A stretch of 64,000 bases of DNA from a virus. The notes under the pieces are model-generated. The model saw only the letters and a list, made by a program, of their open reading frames with translations, had not been told where the DNA came from and did not search any database. Shown in pieces: positions 17,502 through 25,984 of this stretch. The DNA lies in the IMG/VR virus record IMGVR_UViG_3300044617_001255, positions 14,967-78,966 of that record; one strand, written 5' to 3'. The stretch's first letter is position 1. Each line of letters opens with the position of its first letter. Both the position numbers and the translations under genes were made by a program.

Positions 17502-17852
17502 ATGAGCAGTTACCGCCCATATTATCGACCGTTTCGAATGGTGAAATTATCGGACCTGACCGATAACCGATTTGAGAAATTTACAGTTATCGGAATAAGC
17601 GCGCTGCTGCTGATGCTCATGTGGGGATTCGTCTGGGTAATTTTCAAATTCACATATTCGAGCGGGGAAGACGACCAGACAATCCAGGCCCCACTGAACC
17701 AGCCAGAGAATCAGGATATATACAATTGGAGAACTATATCATGCCCACCTACGAGTACAAGTGCTTCGCCTGTGAACACACATTCGAACAATTCCTACCA
17801 TTATCCCAACGTCAAGCCCCGACCAAGGAGGCTTGCCCCCACTGTTCCTTAA
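17502..17852 (+). CDS. single-pass membrane protein
   Basis: TTGACA-17-TACAAT promoter; one hydrophobic helix; 3' end overlaps the next gene. Confidence 0.5.
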   Translation: MSSYRPYYRPFRMVKLSDLTDNRFEKFTVIGISALLLMLMWGFVWVIFKFTYSSGEDDQTIQAPLNQPENQDIYNWRTISCPPTSTSASPVNTHSNNSYHYPNVKPRPRRLAPTVP

Positions 17853-18025
17853 AGAAAGTAAAACAAGTAGTACTCAGTGTACCAGGCATGGCTGTCGATA
17901 CATCACATAGAATCGATGGTAAGGCTACGGGACAGTTTAGAGATATCATGCAGAAGGTATCTCAGTCTCCAGGTATCAAGGGCTCTAAGAGGGAGAGGGC
18001 TCTGAAGAACCGATACGGGCTGTAA
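17741..18025 (+). CDS. FmdB-family zinc-ribbon regulatory protein
   Basis: MPTYEYKCFACEHTFE...CPHC; SD GGAG. Confidence 0.85.
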   Translation: MPTYEYKCFACEHTFEQFLPLSQRQAPTKEACPHCSLKKVKQVVLSVPGMAVDTSHRIDGKATGQFRDIMQKVSQSPGIKGSKRERALKNRYGL

Positions 18026-18202
18026 TATATGAATTGATTGGGGAATTTTCGAAAAGTCTTCGAATAAGGCTTCGAATGGGGAATTTGTGAATTCATATAT
18101 TGGATTCGATTAGAGAAAATCCGAATATGTGAGAAAGACTATACCACACAACACCCCCATTAAAAAACATTAATTTAATATTCATTTTCTACATACTTCT
18201 GT

Positions 18203-18745
18203 ATGAAATCATTTACTCAATATCTCTCTGAACAACAAAAGTATACCTCTGCGTCTACTTCTATTAATAAATCTAAACTTCCAAAGGGCTATACGGCTGT
18301 AGGAAAGCACTTTGGATGGCAAAAGGGTTCTACTCATATAGACATTGGGGGAGGTAGATTCGATAATGCTATAGAGCATTTATCAAAACATGGCGTAAAG
18401 GGTCATGTATATGATCCGTATAATCGTACTGCGGAACATAATGAAAATGTTTTAAAAACAGTTGGGGGAAAGGCTGATACGGCTTCTCTATTTAATGTAT
18501 TAAATGTAATAGAGGAGCCTGAACATCATGTCTCTGCTTTGAAACTGGCTCATGGCAGTCTTAAACCCGGTGGTAGGCTATTTGTGGGTGTCTACGAAGG
18601 GGATAAGAGTGGTAAGGGTAAGCAAACGGGGAAAGACTCCTATCAGAGAAATGAGCGACTGGGGAATTATTTAAAAACAGTTCAAAGCGTGTTTCCAAAT
18701 GCTGCGATTCATAAAGGTGTAATACATGCCACCAAAGACGAATAG
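18203..18745 (+). CDS. class I SAM-dependent methyltransferase with capsid-targeting-like N-terminus
   Basis: IDIGGGRF, YDPYN, FNVLNVI, LKPGG; MKSFTQYLSE start. Confidence 0.75.
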   Translation: MKSFTQYLSEQQKYTSASTSINKSKLPKGYTAVGKHFGWQKGSTHIDIGGGRFDNAIEHLSKHGVKGHVYDPYNRTAEHNENVLKTVGGKADTASLFNVLNVIEEPEHHVSALKLAHGSLKPGGRLFVGVYEGDKSGKGKQTGKDSYQRNERLGNYLKTVQSVFPNAAIHKGVIHATKDE

Positions 18746-18802
18746 GGAATTTCACAAAACATTCCCTCTTGACAGACGAGGTGTATGAGTTACAATACAC
18801 CC

Positions 18803-19246
18803 ATGTCAAACACAACACTCAATCGTAAGAACCGTATCATCAAGACCAACATCACGGCTACCACTAGCGGCAGGGGCCTGTGGACGGAGGAGCGCAAGAC
18901 CGTGAACATTCACTCGGTCAAGTTCATGCCTGTCATCTATGACGAGCCTGGGCGTGAGAGCGGAGCCATGTACATCGAAGCCTACTTTGACCGTAAGGAG
19001 TGGAACACTCGTCAGGATGGTCTGATCTATACGGATCAAAAGTGGATGCGAGAGTTTCGTCAGGGGTTCTTTGCTCAGTTTCCTGAGTTGCGAGAGGTTG
19101 ATGCCAACATCGACTACTCAGAGCAGGGGGCGCAGGGTCTAAACTACGTTCATATTGTTCTGGTGGCTAACAAGGGCAAGAAGTTCGACAAGTTCATGGA
19201 GTTTCTTCGTCAGTACGATCTGATGGCTACCGTGGAACTTCTCTGA
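18803..19246 (+). CDS. early hypothetical protein (leaderless)
   Basis: TTGACA 18769-16-TACAAT-6-ATG; GLIYTD and YSEQGAQG motifs. Confidence 0.75.
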   Translation: MSNTTLNRKNRIIKTNITATTSGRGLWTEERKTVNIHSVKFMPVIYDEPGRESGAMYIEAYFDRKEWNTRQDGLIYTDQKWMREFRQGFFAQFPELREVDANIDYSEQGAQGLNYVHIVLVANKGKKFDKFMEFLRQYDLMATVELL

Positions 19247-19272
19247 ATTTCACAAATAGGAATTTGTATAAA

Positions 19273-19440
19273 ATGCCTGAGACACATATGGAACAACTGC
19301 TGAAGCAGGAAATTGAGAAGTTAACAAAAGAGAACGAACAATTGCGTCTTGAGAGAGATGAACTTGAGAAGCGAGTGGATGAATTCATTGACGAGAAGTA
19401 TGCTCCACGGGGCATTTGGGGAGATTTTACAAATGAGTGA
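19273..19440 (+). CDS. small coiled-coil protein (not in ORF track)
   Basis: MPETHMEQLLKQEIEKL...GDFTNE, coupled to the next gene. Confidence 0.55.
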   Translation: MPETHMEQLLKQEIEKLTKENEQLRLERDELEKRVDEFIDEKYAPRGIWGDFTNE

Positions 19441-19738
19441 CGACCTTTCTCTGTCCCGAAGTGAGCGAGAAATGTATACAACAGATTCTCGTATTTGTGA
19501 ATTAACAAATGAGCGGGCAGTTCTGAATGAGATCGTTGAGTCTCAGAGAAATGAACTGGCTTTCCTTGTGGAGAGAGTCCGTGTCCTTACGCAGGAGCGT
19601 GACGAGGCACGACAGGAGATATGCATACGAGTGTGTGACACTCTTGGTGCGGTACTTAGTGGTTCACCTCGCACTCCGCAGGACTATGCTGAGAAGATGG
19701 GGTGGGACTGCTTCAAAGAGGACACAAATGACCGATAA
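19433..19738 (+). CDS. ERDEARR-C...GWDCF module protein
   Basis: QERDEARQEIC...AEKMGWDCF. Confidence 0.7.
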   Translation: MSDDLSLSRSEREMYTTDSRICELTNERAVLNEIVESQRNELAFLVERVRVLTQERDEARQEICIRVCDTLGAVLSGSPRTPQDYAEKMGWDCFKEDTNDR

Positions 19739-20084
19739 CGACATCGTGAGCCGCCTGAACCGCATTCTGTCTGCTGCGGACGAACGAGGGCTGGATGAGA
19801 CTGAATGCCGTGCCATGCAGGATGCGGTTACCGAAATTGAGAAGATGCGTAACAATCCATTCACCTGGTGGGTACGCGAAAAGAATTTCAATTGTACCAT
19901 TGAGGCAAATGTTGCAGTCACCTTTGAGTTTCTTCAGGAAGCGGATGCCCTTGGAAATGATGAGATACTGCGACATGTTTGTGATATGATCGCTGGTGAC
20001 ATCATGGCTGCATACCGAAAGAGAAATAATGAACTGTTCGGGACACCGAATAGAATTTCTAACAAGGAGAACAACAATGACTGA
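19728..20084 (+). CDS. hypothetical protein
   Basis: MTDNDIVSRL start with SD; operon-coupled. Confidence 0.65.
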   Translation: MTDNDIVSRLNRILSAADERGLDETECRAMQDAVTEIEKMRNNPFTWWVREKNFNCTIEANVAVTFEFLQEADALGNDEILRHVCDMIAGDIMAAYRKRNNELFGTPNRISNKENNND

Positions 20085-20628
20085 CGGCATTCCAAATCTA
20101 CCTCCCAATTGGGTGAATGAGGCTGACCAACTCCGAGCAGAGCGAGATAAGGCAAGAGCCGCCGTGGTTGACCTTGTGCTTGAAGTTGAGCGATTGCGAC
20201 CCATTGCAGCAGAGCAGAACAATAGTTACAAATTGGCTGCTACATACTTCAATGAGTTGGAAAACGCGAGTGCTCAAAACAAGTCTTTAGCCAAGGAGCG
20301 TGATGAGGCCATCAAGGAGCGTGATGAAGCAAGGCGTGAGGTATGCTATTTTCACCACATTACCGGCTTCCTTGCGGGTGACTATGCTTACAGCCGTAAG
20401 TGGGATTGCTTTCCTAGCAAGGAGTATTATGGTATGCCAGATCCAGTTAAAGAGTTTCGTCAAATAATTGAACAGGACTACGATACACTCCGCAAGCAGC
20501 GTGACGAGGCACGGAGAGAGGTCTGTATGCTGTCTGTAGGCAAGGGTGGGCGTTCCTCATCTGCCTCTCCTGACGCCATTGAGGAGGCAGACAAGCGGGG
20601 TTGGGAGTGTTTCAAGGATAATGTGTGA
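20077..20628 (+). CDS. protein with two ERDEARREVC...W(D/E)CF modules
   Basis: Module present twice; SD AAGGAG. Confidence 0.7.
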   Translation: MTDGIPNLPPNWVNEADQLRAERDKARAAVVDLVLEVERLRPIAAEQNNSYKLAATYFNELENASAQNKSLAKERDEAIKERDEARREVCYFHHITGFLAGDYAYSRKWDCFPSKEYYGMPDPVKEFRQIIEQDYDTLRKQRDEARREVCMLSVGKGGRSSSASPDAIEEADKRGWECFKDNV

Positions 20629-20828
20629 AAAAGTCTATAAAGAAGGCACTAGAAAAAATTCGTAAAAAGCACGGCGAAGCACTCAAACGGCTCGCCCAAA
20701 CAAAGGTAAAAAGAAAATGAATAATTCAGCAATATTTGAAATCTTTATGTTTCTTGCAGTTATCGTAGTCATTGCATTGTGTGTGACTGCTATTATCCAT
20801 GACTATCATATTCGTGGAGTTCGTAAAA

Positions 20829-21053
20829 ATGAAGAAAAGAAGTAATATTGAGCCAAAGAAGGACATTTTTCTAAAGTTGCGAGAGCAGACCAAGAGGACT
20901 GATCTGCCCGAGGATGTCATTCGGACGATGGCAGAGGCATATTACGTCCTCACGACTCTTGAGATAATGAACGAGGAGTTGGAGAGTCTATTGGATGACT
21001 ATCGTAGAGAGGACATGGACAGATCTAGGTATGAAGGATTCATGAATGACTAA
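20829..21053 (+). CDS. hypothetical protein
   Basis: ORF in a coupled operon. Confidence 0.5.
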   Translation: MKKRSNIEPKKDIFLKLREQTKRTDLPEDVIRTMAEAYYVLTTLEIMNEELESLLDDYRREDMDRSRYEGFMND

Positions 21054-21450
21054 TTACACATTTGTAGGCGATAATGATCACGGGGACGACAAGCCAGTAG
21101 AGCACAACTGGAAGGCTATCGCTGAAGGTATGAGAGCCTATTGTAGAGCACTAGAGACACAAATATTAGACATCAAGAATGGCTTTGAAGGGTGTTGCCA
21201 TTCCTGCGAGCCTGTGGGTGAACTAAATAAGAAACTTCAAGATGATATTGAATATTTAAATAAAACAATTTCTGAAGTTTGTGAAGAAAGAGATGAGTTA
21301 TTTGAAAAGTATAATGATCTGGAAAGTCTCTTTCTAGATATTAAAAGTGAAATCTCATGCCGAATTGATCATGGTGCAGACAGCAAGGGTCATCTTGAAG
21401 CAATACAAAATTTATTTCTGAAAAATCAGCAAGATGGACAAAAAAGTTAG
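21046..21450 (+). CDS. hypothetical coiled-coil protein
   Basis: ORF with GCCHSCEPVG. Confidence 0.6.
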   Translation: MTNYTFVGDNDHGDDKPVEHNWKAIAEGMRAYCRALETQILDIKNGFEGCCHSCEPVGELNKKLQDDIEYLNKTISEVCEERDELFEKYNDLESLFLDIKSEISCRIDHGADSKGHLEAIQNLFLKNQQDGQKS

Positions 21451-21874
21451 CAAGATCAAGAAGAACATTTCACCGGAACTTCCTCTGGAAGGTCTGGATG
21501 ATACTTCTTTAGAGTTAGAGAAAAAGAAATGCAATCATTGCAAAATTGAAAAGCCTCTATCTGAGTATAGATTGGATCGTGGCTTTGTTCGTCATCTCTG
21601 CAGAGAATGTGATACTCATAAAGGCAAAGTTCGTAGCAGACTTCACAAGACAGCAGAATCACAACCTGATTATTGCCAATGCTGTGGTACTCATAAGAGC
21701 GAGTGTGCAAGAAAAAAATTGGTTCTGGATCATGATCCTCATACAGATCTTTTTCGTAGATGGATATGTGAGAGATGCAATCTTGGTCTTGGAAGATTGG
21801 GAGATACGGTTGAGAATCTTATGAAAGCAATTCAATATCTAAAAAACAGCAAAGGAAATCAAAATGACACATGA
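21434..21874 (+). CDS. endonuclease VII-family (His-Me finger) nuclease
   Basis: CxxC pairs, LVLDHDPHT, ICERCNLGLG...D. Confidence 0.8.
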   Translation: MDKKVSKIKKNISPELPLEGLDDTSLELEKKKCNHCKIEKPLSEYRLDRGFVRHLCRECDTHKGKVRSRLHKTAESQPDYCQCCGTHKSECARKKLVLDHDPHTDLFRRWICERCNLGLGRLGDTVENLMKAIQYLKNSKGNQNDT

Positions 21875-22088
21875 CACCACACCAATTCCCGTGACAAAGC
21901 CACCAGAGTTTCTTCTTGGTTCTCCTGACCATCCTTGCTATTCTGCTATTTGCATCATTGACAATGAGGGAGTACGCAGAGTTCAAGTGTCAATGGTCAT
22001 GTCTCGTTCATATATTATGAGCAAGGAAGATGTATATAAATTTGGAGATTGGATGAGTTGGGCTACAGCATGGATGGCAGATAGATAG
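21864..22088 (+). CDS. hypothetical protein
   Basis: ORF with SD, coupled. Confidence 0.55.
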   Translation: MTHDTTPIPVTKPPEFLLGSPDHPCYSAICIIDNEGVRRVQVSMVMSRSYIMSKEDVYKFGDWMSWATAWMADR

Positions 22089-22092
22089 TATC

Positions 22093-22578
22093 ATGAGAGT
22101 AATCATAGCAGGTAGTAGAACTTTTGATAATTATGATATAATTGACATCTCAATTAAGATGTCAAAGTTTATTATTACAGAAATCATCTCTGGTGGTGCT
22201 GATGGTATAGATTCTCTTGCTGAAAGATATGCTAAAGAGAATAACATTCCTTTAAAGGTATATCCTGCTGATTGGCAAAAGCACGGCAAAAAGGCGGGAC
22301 CAATTCGAAATGGTATCATGGCAAATAATGCTGATGCTCTTATAGCAATATGGGATGGAAAATCTCGTGGCACAAAAAACATGATTGAAACCGCTTTAAA
22401 GAAGAAATTAAAAGTTTCAGTTACAAACTTGCAAGCACCATTAAGTGAGAATACAATAGAGTCTCTACGGCGTGGGCTAGAACAAGCAAAAAATAGAAAA
22501 TTTGTCCAAGTTGATATGGAGACTGCAAATGAACGCACAGCAAATCTTAAACGATCCAGATCCCGTAAATCAAATTAA
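22093..22578 (+). CDS. SLOG-family (DUF2493/YspA-like) protein
   Basis: IIAGSR, IISGGADG.D, HGKKAGPIRN, WDGKSRGTKNMI. Confidence 0.85.
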   Translation: MRVIIAGSRTFDNYDIIDISIKMSKFIITEIISGGADGIDSLAERYAKENNIPLKVYPADWQKHGKKAGPIRNGIMANNADALIAIWDGKSRGTKNMIETALKKKLKVSVTNLQAPLSENTIESLRRGLEQAKNRKFVQVDMETANERTANLKRSRSRKSN

Positions 22579-22719
22579 TAACTATATGAAACAGCAGCAG
22601 GTTGCAACAATGGAGACTATCATTTTCAACAATTGCAGAATTGAAATTGAGAATCTTCGTGCCATGCTGGACGCAAATGCCAACAATACAAAGTTTCACA
22701 GTGGAGATAGGATGAAGTC

Positions 22720-23115
22720 ATGAGTGATACTGTAAAGTCAAAGTTCTCACAAAATGGTGATATTTTTCTTGAGTGTGGTCCTGGTTGGTACGATCTAATT
22801 CAACATGCAGTTAAGTTGATTGATGATCATGTTGAACATATTGCCAAGAGAGACAATAATCAAGTTCTGCTTGATGAGTTTCGATACGATCAAATCAAGG
22901 AAAAGTTCGGAGGACTTCGCATTTACACAACATACGAGGACGAGTTCATTCGTGGTGTAATTAGTATGGCAGAATCATTGTCATATGCAATATGTGAAAC
23001 TACAGGGGCATCCGGTACTCTTTGCATTCGTGGATCGTGGCTCAAGACTCTTTGCCTTGAGGAAGCAGCAAGGCAAGGCTACAAGCCATATTCAAGAGAG
23101 GATAGGTTTGTATGA
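22720..23115 (+). CDS. conserved phage hypothetical protein
   Basis: ECGPGW, QIKEKFGGLRIY, ICETTG, WLKTLC. Confidence 0.7.
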   Translation: MSDTVKSKFSQNGDIFLECGPGWYDLIQHAVKLIDDHVEHIAKRDNNQVLLDEFRYDQIKEKFGGLRIYTTYEDEFIRGVISMAESLSYAICETTGASGTLCIRGSWLKTLCLEEAARQGYKPYSREDRFV

Positions 23116-23507
23116 AAGAGCACGTATTCTTTTCAAGATATGGACAAAAGAGAACTCTCACCAAGGTTGGTGAGGGTTCTTATATTCTTGAGGGCAAGAC
23201 GAACTTTCTGCGAGGTGCAGAGGGCATGGTAGACTTTGAGGGTGGTCCTTTCATTCTGAAGGGAATGCCTCTTTGCCATCCGGAGGTTGACTCACCCGAG
23301 TTTGTGAGTGTAAATGAATATATTAGTGAGGTGAAGGCTGTGCCTGTAAGTGAGGTTGCAGAATTTCTTAAATATGATGAGGAAACCTTTGCAGATACGA
23401 ACTACGCATGGGTGAAGATCACCACTTTTTTAAATAAAAAGAATCTTTCAGAAAAAAGCCCATTGGATAGACTGGCAGAACTAGACGAGGAACTGGGTCT
23501 ACTATAA
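23112..23507 (+). CDS. hypothetical protein
   Basis: ORF; SRYG and DFEGGPF motifs. Confidence 0.65.
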   Translation: MKEHVFFSRYGQKRTLTKVGEGSYILEGKTNFLRGAEGMVDFEGGPFILKGMPLCHPEVDSPEFVSVNEYISEVKAVPVSEVAEFLKYDEETFADTNYAWVKITTFLNKKNLSEKSPLDRLAELDEELGLL

Positions 23508-23561
23508 ATGCATTATTATAAATACTGAAGTAATTAAACATATTTTTCAGGAATTATAAAA

Positions 23562-24053
23562 ATGTACAACAATTCTTTCTGGCAATTTAAAAAATGGTTA
23601 TCTGAAGCAAAACAAAAGAAAATGAGAGGTGGTAGTCCTTCGTATCAACCACCAGAAGCATGGACAAATGTTCACGGGGATACAAGAAGAAAAGAATATA
23701 TTCAAGCCAGAAAAGCAGAGGAAGAGGGAGTAAAAAAGAAAACATCTGCTGCGGTAGATGCAGCAAAGCAAGTTCCTGATCATGGTGTTCCTGAGAACAT
23801 TCATAACATCATTACAAGTGGAAGTAGCAGAGAATTAGAAAAACACTCTTTTAAACTAAGATCTTCTAAGAATCCTAAATTAAAGAAATTGGGTGATCAT
23901 TTACAAGACCTTGCACATAGACGTAGCAAGAACCCACCACATCCACAAGCACCAGAATCTGATTATGATTCAGTCATTGCCGATAGGGAAGCAGAGAGAA
24001 GAGAAAGAGCAGGAGATCCTGGTCGTCACTTCCCTTTTTATCCTAATCAATAA
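23562..24053 (+). CDS. putative internal head protein
   Basis: FKKWLSE N-terminus; TATAAATA at 23517. Confidence 0.6.
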   Translation: MYNNSFWQFKKWLSEAKQKKMRGGSPSYQPPEAWTNVHGDTRRKEYIQARKAEEEGVKKKTSAAVDAAKQVPDHGVPENIHNIITSGSSRELEKHSFKLRSSKNPKLKKLGDHLQDLAHRRSKNPPHPQAPESDYDSVIADREAERRERAGDPGRHFPFYPNQ

Positions 24054-24272
24054 TTTATAAATTCTGATTTATTTCTAAATTGTTTTTTGATACGATTCAA
24101 GGTTTTAACATAATCCTTGAATTTTATCTCTTTTCTTCTGAGTTGATTGAATCCGCCACGACCTTTGCCTTTAATTTTAGCTTTTGCTGATGCCATAATA
24201 TACTCCTTTTGGTGATATTTAGGAGGGTTTATACTATTATAAATACAAAGAGTTATTAAAAAGGATATAAAA

Positions 24273-25679
24273 ATGAGCCTCAGAGACGATATCACAAATA
24301 GTTACCAAAAATTATTAATTGAACAACAAGTATCTGCTGGAGCAGAGGGCGAAGATCCATCTGAGGGTGCACCAAAGAAAAAGAAAAAAGTTGTACCTGC
24401 AACTGCACCAGCACAACAAAAAGGTAGTCTAGGTGCAGGCGCAGAGGGGGATGCAAACTTATTAGGTGTAGCACCTGCTCCTGCCCCACAAGTAGCACCA
24501 CAACAAACACAAGCACAATCTCCATATTCAGGAATAGCATCGGATTTATCTCAACAGGTAATGGCAAACAATCCATTAGGTTTCGCATCTACATTGGCTA
24601 ATTGGGCAGGGCAACAAAAAATGCCACAACAAGCACCTCAAATTTCAAGAGGACTGGCATCAACTGCCATGAATCCATCAGGGGCAGCCACACCAATGCC
24701 TGTTGGTTTAAATGGAACTGTTGCAATAAATTCAAATCAACAAAGCCCAAATGTTATGAGAGCAACAAATCCAATGCAAGCCAGACAAATTCAACAAAAT
24801 GCAATGAATCCTTCTGGTGCATCTACTCCAGTAGCAGTTGGATTGGATGGCAAAACTGCAGTAGATAGAGCAAATCCTCTTGCTCAACAACAATCTCCAA
24901 GTTTGTGGCAGAGAGTTAAAAATTTCTTTGGTGGAAATCCAACATATTCATCTGGTTATGGTAATGATCCTCAATCAGATGCATATGCAATGCAACTACA
25001 AAAACAAAATGCTGCAAGAGCAGGTATGACACCTCAAATGACTCCTACTCCTGCTATTAGACCTGCACAAGGAGTTTCTGGTGCAGGAGCAGAAGGAGAT
25101 GCAAGTTTAATTAGGGCAGCACCTTCAAATAGACCCGTACCACAAGCACAATCATCACCTAGACCTGCACCACAAGCAGCGTCTACAGCCAGACCTGTAG
25201 CCGCTCCCGGAAGAGATACAAGATCTGATAGACAAAGATTGCAAGATATGGGTAGACAACTTCCTCCCGGCAATACAACAACGACAAGAAGTGGAAACAC
25301 AACTACGACTACAACAACAAGTAGTGGGAAATTTGTAGGTGGTAAACTTGTAGGGCCTGATGGTAGAGCAGTAAATCCAGCAGATCAAGCAGATGTAGAT
25401 GCTGCAAATGAAATGAGAAAGAGAATGCAACAATCAGGTGGGTCTAGAGGAGGAACAGGAATTTCAACCGCTAGATCACCACAACCCCCCAGTTCATTTA
25501 GTGGAAGAACAAACTCTACGCCTAGACCAACAACACAAGGAAGCAGACCACCAGCAAGACCAATCGGATCTACTTCTAGCAAACCAGTAGCAAGACCAAC
25601 CGGAACTCAACCTAGAAAACCACAACCAACAAGAAGACCATCTGGTAGTAGTGGTGCAGGAGCAGAGGGTGAATTGTGA
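24273..25679 (+). CDS. low-complexity Gln/Pro/Ala-rich late protein
   Basis: Late promoter at about 24238; four AGAEG(E/D) motifs. Confidence 0.65.
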   Translation: MSLRDDITNSYQKLLIEQQVSAGAEGEDPSEGAPKKKKKVVPATAPAQQKGSLGAGAEGDANLLGVAPAPAPQVAPQQTQAQSPYSGIASDLSQQVMANNPLGFASTLANWAGQQKMPQQAPQISRGLASTAMNPSGAATPMPVGLNGTVAINSNQQSPNVMRATNPMQARQIQQNAMNPSGASTPVAVGLDGKTAVDRANPLAQQQSPSLWQRVKNFFGGNPTYSSGYGNDPQSDAYAMQLQKQNAARAGMTPQMTPTPAIRPAQGVSGAGAEGDASLIRAAPSNRPVPQAQSSPRPAPQAASTARPVAAPGRDTRSDRQRLQDMGRQLPPGNTTTTRSGNTTTTTTTSSGKFVGGKLVGPDGRAVNPADQADVDAANEMRKRMQQSGGSRGGTGISTARSPQPPSSFSGRTNSTPRPTTQGSRPPARPIGSTSSKPVARPTGTQPRKPQPTRRPSGSSGAGAEGEL

Positions 25680-25963
25680 ATGGCAGAGAGCATATAGTTG
25701 AATTTCAATTGTGGCAAAGAATAAGAAATTTCTTTGATAGAAATTCACAATTAGTTGATAATCAAAAAACACAATCCAAAGAACAGTCGCTAGATCGTAG
25801 AACTCAAAGAAGAGTTGGAAAACCTGGAGAGATAAGAATTGTTCCTTCCCCGGGAGGAAAACCAGTAAAAGGAAATCCAAATATTGGTGTAATATATGCA
25901 ATGATAAATACTCCAGCCCAAGCAGCAAGAGCAAACAGATTGAATAGTAAGCTGTATAAATAG
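25676..25963 (+). CDS. hypothetical protein
   Basis: GTG start coupled to the upstream stop. Confidence 0.5.
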   Translation: MNGREHIVEFQLWQRIRNFFDRNSQLVDNQKTQSKEQSLDRRTQRRVGKPGEIRIVPSPGGKPVKGNPNIGVIYAMINTPAQAARANRLNSKLYK

Positions 25964-25984
25964 TTTAAACTTCGGAGAGATGAA

